64,000 bases of DNA from an uncultured Planctomycetales bacterium. Lineage in GTDB: Bacteria > Omnitrophota > Gorgyraeia > Gygaellales > Profunditerraquicolaceae. The position numbers and the translations under genes are program-made. The notes under the pieces were generated by a model. The model saw only the letters and a list, made by a program, of their open reading frames with translations. It was not told the DNA's origin and did no database searches. The DNA lies in the NCBI GenBank assembly GCA_964487475.1, contig CAZAPM010000007.1:41699-105698 (forward strand), given 5' to 3'. The number at the start of each line of letters is the position of its first letter. Position 1 is the stretch's first letter. Below are positions 58,866 through 64,000 of the stretch, piece after piece.

Positions 58866-59897
58866 ATGCCGTCTTTTAAAAGAACGGCGGCGTTCCTGCT
58901 GCGTATCGGCGTAAGCGCGGCCCTGCTATGGTTCCTTATTTCCCGCCTGGATATCGACCTTACCGCGGTCCTCAAGATCCTGCGCCGGGCAAATCTGGCG
59001 CTGATCCTGCCCGCATTCCTGATCTATTGCGGTGCGTATCTGCTCGGTTTCTACCGCTGGAAGATGCTGCTGGATGCGGGGGGGCTTTCCCTCCCGCTTT
59101 CCCGTGTCTGCCGTTCGTTCTGCGGGGGCGTCTTCTTCAACCTTTTCATGCCCTCCAGCATCGGAGGGGATATGGTGCGCAGTATCGACCTGGCCGCGCA
59201 TACGAAAAAACCCAGCGAGGTCATCGCGACCGTATTCCTGGACCGGCTTAGCGGATACGTGGGGCTGGTGCTGGTGATGATGGCGGCGGCGGTCTTCGGG
59301 ATCAAATTCCTTGAAGACAGGACGGTGGTATTCTCGCTTTTGTTCATCGTGGGCGCGCTGGGCCTGCTGCTGGTGCTGCTTTTCAACCGCTGGGTATACC
59401 GCCGGCTGCTTATTCTGGCTGATCTTTCCGGCTCGCGTAAAGTCCCCGGATTGCTCAAGAAGGCGGCGGAGGCGATGAGGAAGCTGCACCACGAGATCCA
59501 CATCTTCCGCAACCGCAAGGCGGTGCTGGTCAAGAACGTGCTGGTTTCCGTACTTATCCAGATCACGGCGCCGGTGGTGTTCTATCTCTGCTCCCTGGCG
59601 ATCGGGGAGAACCACTCTATCGTGTACTTCTTCATTTTCATACCGATCATCGGCGCGATCACCCTGTTGCCGATCTCACTCGGCGGCCTCGGCCTGCGGG
59701 ATGCGGCGATGGTATATTTTTTCGCCAAGGTCGGGATGGGGCAGGATGCGGCGCTGGCGCTTTCCCTGTTGAACTTCCTTTTCATCATTATCTGCTCCAG
59801 CGCGGGGGGCGTGGTATATGTCTTTACACTTCGTAATAGACGGGTGCAACGTGATGCATCATCCGCAGGCAAGCCTTCCTGCGGATGCAAAGGATGA
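58866..59897 (+). CDS. UPF0104 / LPG-synthase-TM-like (flippase-like) membrane protein
   Basis: 343 aa with about 8 TM helices. Pattern typical of the lysylphosphatidylglycerol-synthase transmembrane-region family. Confidence 0.55.
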   Translation: MPSFKRTAAFLLRIGVSAALLWFLISRLDIDLTAVLKILRRANLALILPAFLIYCGAYLLGFYRWKMLLDAGGLSLPLSRVCRSFCGGVFFNLFMPSSIGGDMVRSIDLAAHTKKPSEVIATVFLDRLSGYVGLVLVMMAAAVFGIKFLEDRTVVFSLLFIVGALGLLLVLLFNRWVYRRLLILADLSGSRKVPGLLKKAAEAMRKLHHEIHIFRNRKAVLVKNVLVSVLIQITAPVVFYLCSLAIGENHSIVYFFIFIPIIGAITLLPISLGGLGLRDAAMVYFFAKVGMGQDAALALSLLNFLFIIICSSAGGVVYVFTLRNRRVQRDASSAGKPSCGCKG

Positions 59898-60315
59898 CCC
59901 CCGCCGCAGCCTGGTCCGCGTGATCATGGAGCGTTCCCTGGCGGGAAGCGCCCAGAATTCGGTGACCGTGGTATTCGACGGTTATCCTCCTTCCCGGGGC
60001 CAGCCCCTCGACCTTCCGCCTTACCTGCGGGTCAGATTTTCCATGGATGTTTCGGCGGATGAGGTGATCCGGGAGCTGATCGAGCGCTCCGGGATGAAGC
60101 GTTCGCTGGTGGTGGTCTCCGCAGACAAGGAAGTGGTGTTTTTCGCGCGCGCGCATAAAGCTCAGGTACGCGCTCCGGAGGAGTTCCTTTCCCCGGAACG
60201 CCGCAGAGGATGCCGGCCGGGCAGCGCGCAGGATCAGGGAGGCCAGGAGATAACCTATTCGCAGATGGATGAGATCAACAGGGAGTTGCGCGGCAAATGG
60301 CTGAAAAAGAAATGA
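59818..60315 (+). CDS. NYN-domain (YacP/Rae1-like) predicted ribonuclease
   Basis: FVIDGCNVMH...VTVVFDG...VVVSADKEV resembles YacP (LLVDGYNV..IVVFDA..YVATSDR). Basic C-tail. Overlaps the upstream gene by 80 nt, so the start is uncertain. Confidence 0.6.
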   Translation: MSLHFVIDGCNVMHHPQASLPADAKDDPRRSLVRVIMERSLAGSAQNSVTVVFDGYPPSRGQPLDLPPYLRVRFSMDVSADEVIRELIERSGMKRSLVVVSADKEVVFFARAHKAQVRAPEEFLSPERRRGCRPGSAQDQGGQEITYSQMDEINRELRGKWLKKK

Positions 60316-61070
60316 ACGCGTTGACCTTTCTGGGAACGTCGGGCGCCCGTTTTGTCATGATCAAGCAGCTGCGCGCATCCGGCGGGATCTGGGTGCAGTG
60401 CGGGGGCACCTCCGTGCTGATCGATCCCGGCCCGGGAAGCCTGGTGCGCTGCTGCGGTCATTCCCCGCGCCTCGATCCCGAGAGCCTGGACGCGATCATC
60501 CTGACCCACCGCCACCTCGATCATTGCGCGGATATCAACGTGATGATCGAAGCCATGACCGAAGGGGGATTCAAGAAGAAGGGGGTGGTGTTCTGTCCCC
60601 AGGAAGCCTTGAGCGACGACCCGGTGATCTTCAGGTATTTGCGGGATTTCCCGGAGCGCATCGAGATACTTCAGGAGAACCGCGAATATTCGGTGAAGGA
60701 GTTCCGTTTTTTCACCCGGGCCCGGCACCGCCATCCTGCGGAGACCTACGGCCTGGTGTTCTCCTTAGGCGGAACGAGGATCGCTCTGGTAGCGGATACG
60801 GATTACTTCCCCGGACTGGCGCAGCAGTATCAGGCGGATATCCTGATACTGCCGGTGGTCTTTTACGATACCCGCCAGGATATCGAGCATCTGAGCCTGC
60901 CGGAAGCCAAGGAGGTGATCCGGCAGATCGGGCCGCGCAAGGTGATCTTCACCCATTTCGGGATGAGCATGCTTTCTCATGATCCTGCTGCTTTGGCTGG
61001 CCAGGCTTCACTGGAGACAGGGGTGGAGGTGGTGGCGGCAGAGGACGGTATGACGGTGGTGTTCCCGTGA
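60297..61070 (+). CDS. Metallo-beta-lactamase-fold hydrolase
   Basis: ILTHRHLDHCADI (HxHxDH-type metal site). 257 aa. Confidence 0.65.
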   Translation: MAEKEMNALTFLGTSGARFVMIKQLRASGGIWVQCGGTSVLIDPGPGSLVRCCGHSPRLDPESLDAIILTHRHLDHCADINVMIEAMTEGGFKKKGVVFCPQEALSDDPVIFRYLRDFPERIEILQENREYSVKEFRFFTRARHRHPAETYGLVFSLGGTRIALVADTDYFPGLAQQYQADILILPVVFYDTRQDIEHLSLPEAKEVIRQIGPRKVIFTHFGMSMLSHDPAALAGQASLETGVEVVAAEDGMTVVFP

Positions 61071-61076
61071 TATTTC

Positions 61077-61105
61077 TTGACATAACTGGCTGTCCGTGCT
61101 AAAGT
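61077..61105 (+). promoter_or_regulatory. Putative sigma-70 promoter
   Basis: TTGACA-N17-TAAAGT lies about 60 nt upstream of the 61165 ATG. RBS AAAAGGAGG. Confidence 0.4.
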
Positions 61106-61164
61106 TAAAATAAGTTTGGCAGCGCAAGTGACGTATTATTAAGCCAGACAAAAAGGAGGCAGAG

Positions 61165-61845
61165 ATGACGGAGTGGCAGATCGTGTTGATGGACCCGGCC
61201 AAGACCGTGTTCACGCAGATCAGCAATTTTCTGATGAACTCGCTTTTGGTGCTTTTGATCCTGCTGTTGGGGTGGATCCTTTCGAGCGTGGTCAAGGCAT
61301 TGGTGATCCGCGTACTGCGCGGCCTTAAGCTGGATGAGCTTTCCGTGCGCATCGAACTGGATGCGTTGCTGGCCAAAGGCGGGATCAAACATTCCCTCTC
61401 GGAGCTTCTGGGAGCGGTCGCTTACTGGCTTTTGCTTCTGGTGACCTTCGTGGTGGCGGTCAATGCCATCGGATTGACGGTTGCTGCCGATCTTCTGGAA
61501 CGTATCATCCTGTATGTGCCTAATGTCATCGCGGCGATCTTCATCCTTATCCTGGGTATGTTCGTGGCGACCGTTCTGCGCAACGTGGTGCAGACCGCGG
61601 CGAGCAATGCCGGTATTTCCCAGGTCAATCTGATCTCCAAGGTGGTGGAGTATCTGGTGATCGCCTTCGCGATCGTCACGGCGATGAAACAGCTGCGCAT
61701 CGATACCCGGCTCATCGAGCTGGCGATGGGCGTGATGCTGGGATCCTTCGGCCTGGCGGTGGGGTTGTCCTTCGGGTTAGGGTGCAAGGACCTCGCGGGC
61801 AAGTTCATCGGCGAGCTGATAGAAAAGGTGAAGGTCAAGAAATAA
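61165..61845 (+). CDS. Membrane protein with repeated conserved-TM-helix segments (MscS-associated TM_helix-like)
   Basis: 226 aa. Repeated amphipathic segment followed by a TM helix. No channel domain seen. Confidence 0.5.
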   Translation: MTEWQIVLMDPAKTVFTQISNFLMNSLLVLLILLLGWILSSVVKALVIRVLRGLKLDELSVRIELDALLAKGGIKHSLSELLGAVAYWLLLLVTFVVAVNAIGLTVAADLLERIILYVPNVIAAIFILILGMFVATVLRNVVQTAASNAGISQVNLISKVVEYLVIAFAIVTAMKQLRIDTRLIELAMGVMLGSFGLAVGLSFGLGCKDLAGKFIGELIEKVKVKK

Positions 61846-61863
61846 GTGTTTTCCGGGCGCTTC

Positions 61864-61909
61864 CTAACCCCCTATTTTCGTATTTCGAAGATAGGGGGTT
61901 AGTTTTTTT
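61864..61909 (+). terminator. Rho-independent terminator
   Basis: CTAACCCCCTAT...ATAGGGGGTTAG stem followed by TTTTTTT. Confidence 0.75.
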
Positions 61910-61920
61910 AAGGCGGGATC

Positions 61921-62427
61921 ATGGGAACGGACGCGCGATTCATGGAGGTACGCACTGCGCAGGCGATCGACACGGTCGCCTGCCTGGCGGGGGTCATCTG
62001 GAGGGAGCACTACGTCCCCATCACCGGGAGCGCACAGGTGGAGTATATGCTTTTGCACTTCCAGTCTGCTTCCGCGATCGCCGGCCAGATACTCGGGGGC
62101 ATGCGGTATTTCCTCATCAAAGAGGCTGACTTGCCCATGGGCTACCTCTCCGTGCAGTATCAGCCGCAGACGCAGGAGCTTTTCTTAAGCAAGCTTTATC
62201 TGTTAAAGGAGAAGCGGGGGTTGGGGTACGGCAGGGCCGCGCTGGATTTTGTGCGTTCACTGGCGGAACAGGCAGGAGCGCGGGCAATTACGCTGACCGT
62301 GAACAAGCGCAATACCCCGGCCTTGCAGGCGTACCTGCGTTACGGATTCGAGAATGCCGGGCCGGTGGTAAAGGATATCGGGGGAGGTTTCTTCATGGAC
62401 GATTACCGGATGGTAATAAAGCTGTAG
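61921..62427 (+). CDS. GNAT family N-acetyltransferase
   Basis: Acetyl-CoA-binding motif RGLGYGRAAL. 168 aa. Confidence 0.75.
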   Translation: MGTDARFMEVRTAQAIDTVACLAGVIWREHYVPITGSAQVEYMLLHFQSASAIAGQILGGMRYFLIKEADLPMGYLSVQYQPQTQELFLSKLYLLKEKRGLGYGRAALDFVRSLAEQAGARAITLTVNKRNTPALQAYLRYGFENAGPVVKDIGGGFFMDDYRMVIKL

Positions 62428-62428
62428 C

Positions 62429-63847
62429 ATGCGCCTCGGTAAATGCGGAATACCGGGGATGCTTAAGACCGCGAGAGCTCAGAGTATCGCGGTCGCCTGT
62501 ATTTTCATTCTGGGGGTGCTCGTCTTTTCCGGTCAGGGGAGAGTGTTCGAGTACGATACTGACGAGGGCATCTACCTGATGCGCAGTGCCGCCTATCTGC
62601 GGGGAGCGGAACTTTACCGGGACGTATGGATGGATGCGCCGGCTCTTTTCGTGACCCTGCTCACGGGTTTGTTCGCGTTTGCGGGGCCGAGCGTCGAGGC
62701 GGCGCGCGTGCTGGCGCTGTGTTTTGGCGGTGCGCTGGCCGGAAGTTTTTACTATCTCGTCCGCAGGGATAACGGTGCGCCGGCCGCTGCGGCCGCGGTT
62801 TTCCTTTTGGCGCTTTCACCGGCCTTTTTGCGCCTCAGCGTTTCTGCGGTACCCGCGATCCCCCTGAATGCCTTCGGGGTGTTGGGATGCGTGTGCGCTG
62901 CACGCGGCGAAGATACGCTTCGCAGAAGATACCTTTACCTTTCCGCTGCCTGCATCGCGCTCGGGGTCCTGTGCAAGCCTTTTGCGCTTCTGTACGCGGT
63001 GCCGGTATGTTTTTTGCTTTCACCCAGGAGGGTCATGTGCTGGTGGGTCTTTTTTCTGGCGAGTTTCGGCCTGTTCTATTTTGCCACCGGATCGGATCTC
63101 TTCCAGACCCTGCTCCTGGCCAAGGCGGCTCGCAACAGTGTCATTTCCTCCGGGCAGAACCCGGTCTTTTGGATGAAGGAGGAGTATGACCTGGTGATCG
63201 CGGGAGCGCTCGGGTTGTACGGGATGACGGCGCGCCGCCGTGCGATACTGCCTCCGTTGGCCTTATGCGTGATTTCCGCGGCGTACCTTTCCCGGCACGC
63301 GCCTTTATGGTATCATCATGCTTTGCCCCTGTATCTTTCGCTTTGCTGGCTGGCGGCTGCGGCGATCAGATCCCTGGCCGGCTGCAGGTATGTATGGTGC
63401 CGGATATCCCTGATCGCCCTTGTGTTCCTGGTCGCGGTCAGGATGCCATACCGGTTCGAGCGCGTCACGAATTGGGCGCAACGTATCCCAGTATTCTCCC
63501 CCAAGGTCTTTGCGGATTTAATGCAGCGCGCCCCGCGCAGCAAAAGCATTTTTACCGACAGGCCGATGTACGCGTTCAGGGCGGGGTTGGAAGTTCCCGG
63601 TTATTTGATCACCATGTCCGCCAAGCGGCTGGACGCGGGATTGCTGACCGCTGAAAATATCGCTGCGGCGCTTGAGAAAAACCCGGTGGATATGGTCCTT
63701 TTGTCGAGGTTCGCGCATTTGCGGCAGGTGCTGCTGCCCAGGCTTAAAAATTCATACACTTTAGTGAGCGCGGATGAGGAGCACCACACCTGGCTCTATG
63801 TGCGTAACGCCCTGCCGGAGCCTGCGCATGGGCAAAGCGCCTTTTAA
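62429..63847 (+). CDS. GT-C fold glycosyltransferase-like membrane protein (ArnT/PMT-like)
   Basis: 472 aa with at least 10 TM helices. The first periplasmic loop carries YDTDEGIY, a DE-type motif as in GT39/GT83. Confidence 0.55.
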   Translation: MRLGKCGIPGMLKTARAQSIAVACIFILGVLVFSGQGRVFEYDTDEGIYLMRSAAYLRGAELYRDVWMDAPALFVTLLTGLFAFAGPSVEAARVLALCFGGALAGSFYYLVRRDNGAPAAAAAVFLLALSPAFLRLSVSAVPAIPLNAFGVLGCVCAARGEDTLRRRYLYLSAACIALGVLCKPFALLYAVPVCFLLSPRRVMCWWVFFLASFGLFYFATGSDLFQTLLLAKAARNSVISSGQNPVFWMKEEYDLVIAGALGLYGMTARRRAILPPLALCVISAAYLSRHAPLWYHHALPLYLSLCWLAAAAIRSLAGCRYVWCRISLIALVFLVAVRMPYRFERVTNWAQRIPVFSPKVFADLMQRAPRSKSIFTDRPMYAFRAGLEVPGYLITMSAKRLDAGLLTAENIAAALEKNPVDMVLLSRFAHLRQVLLPRLKNSYTLVSADEEHHTWLYVRNALPEPAHGQSAF

Positions 63848-64000
63848 GAGACGCGGAACGTTCTTCGTGTATATCCTTCGGTGCAGGGACGGGGCATATT
63901 ATACCGGAAGCACCAAGGACCTGGAAGCGCGTATCAAGCTGCATAACCGCGGGCGGGGAGCGAAGTATGTGCGCTGCCGGCTTCCCGTGGAATTGGTATA
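63828..64000 (+). CDS. GIY-YIG nuclease-domain protein (UPF0213/YhbQ-like), 3'-truncated at window edge
   Basis: FFVYILRCRDGAYYTGSTKDLEARIKLHN matches the GIY-YIG motif. Overlaps the previous gene's end by about 20 nt. Confidence 0.6.
   Translation, partial: MGKAPFKRRGTFFVYILRCRDGAYYTGSTKDLEARIKLHNRGRGAKYVRCRLPVELV

Overview
GC-rich bacterial chromosomal segment of 64 kb. Every gene I can support (about 62 protein genes and 5 tRNAs) lies on the + strand. Genes are tightly packed, with many 4-nt ATGA/GTGA/TGATG stop-start overlaps. I found no mobile elements, integrases, transposases or CRISPR arrays.

Gene content in order:
- A Wood-Ljungdahl corrinoid/methyl-branch accessory cluster, acsC-RACo(acsV)-cooC(acsF)-acsD-acsE. 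It is preceded by a co-operonic polytopic membrane protein, and no CODH/ACS catalytic subunits are in the window.
- dgkA, two small membrane proteins, tRNA-Met(CAT), a PEP-CTERM protein, a 539-aa membrane protein and a 609-aa rhomboid-like/TPR fusion whose catalytic Ser codon reads Gly.
- A conserved block tilS-ftsH-folP-cdaA-(46-codon cdaR remnant)-pdxJ-acpS-nnrD.
- tRNA-Thr, then a 3x57-bp hairpin-rich tandem repeat, then tRNA-Tyr and tRNA-Gly.
- A PAS histidine kinase with a CheY-only response regulator.
- A divergent (archaeal-like) thymidylate synthase, two stand-alone PilZ proteins, gpsA and an SGNH-like protein.
- tRNA-Pro(GGG) with a long structured leader.
- hom-thrC-coaB-like-ApgM-like (proposed non-orthologous homoserine kinase)-lysC-cimA-valS-nadC-DUF3108-uvrB-coaX.
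- CIRCE-groES-groEL.
- A CBS-less IMPDH-family gene, guaA, a membrane protein and dnaE.
- An LCAT/PGAP1-like lipase lipoprotein.
- trxA, a split Pta N-terminal (DRTGG) protein, pta, ackA, panD, def, trxB, pckG and purC.
- A UPF0104 membrane protein, a NYN/YacP-like protein, an MBL-fold hydrolase, a TM-helix protein, GNAT, a GT-C glycosyltransferase-like protein and a GIY-YIG fragment.

The most unusual items are the Ser-less rhomboid-TPR protein beside a PEP-CTERM cargo, the tandem hairpin repeats inside the tRNA cluster, the membrane protein grafted onto the acs operon, the structured tRNA-Pro leader, and the total strand co-orientation. All assignments rest on motif recognition by eye. No database searches were run.
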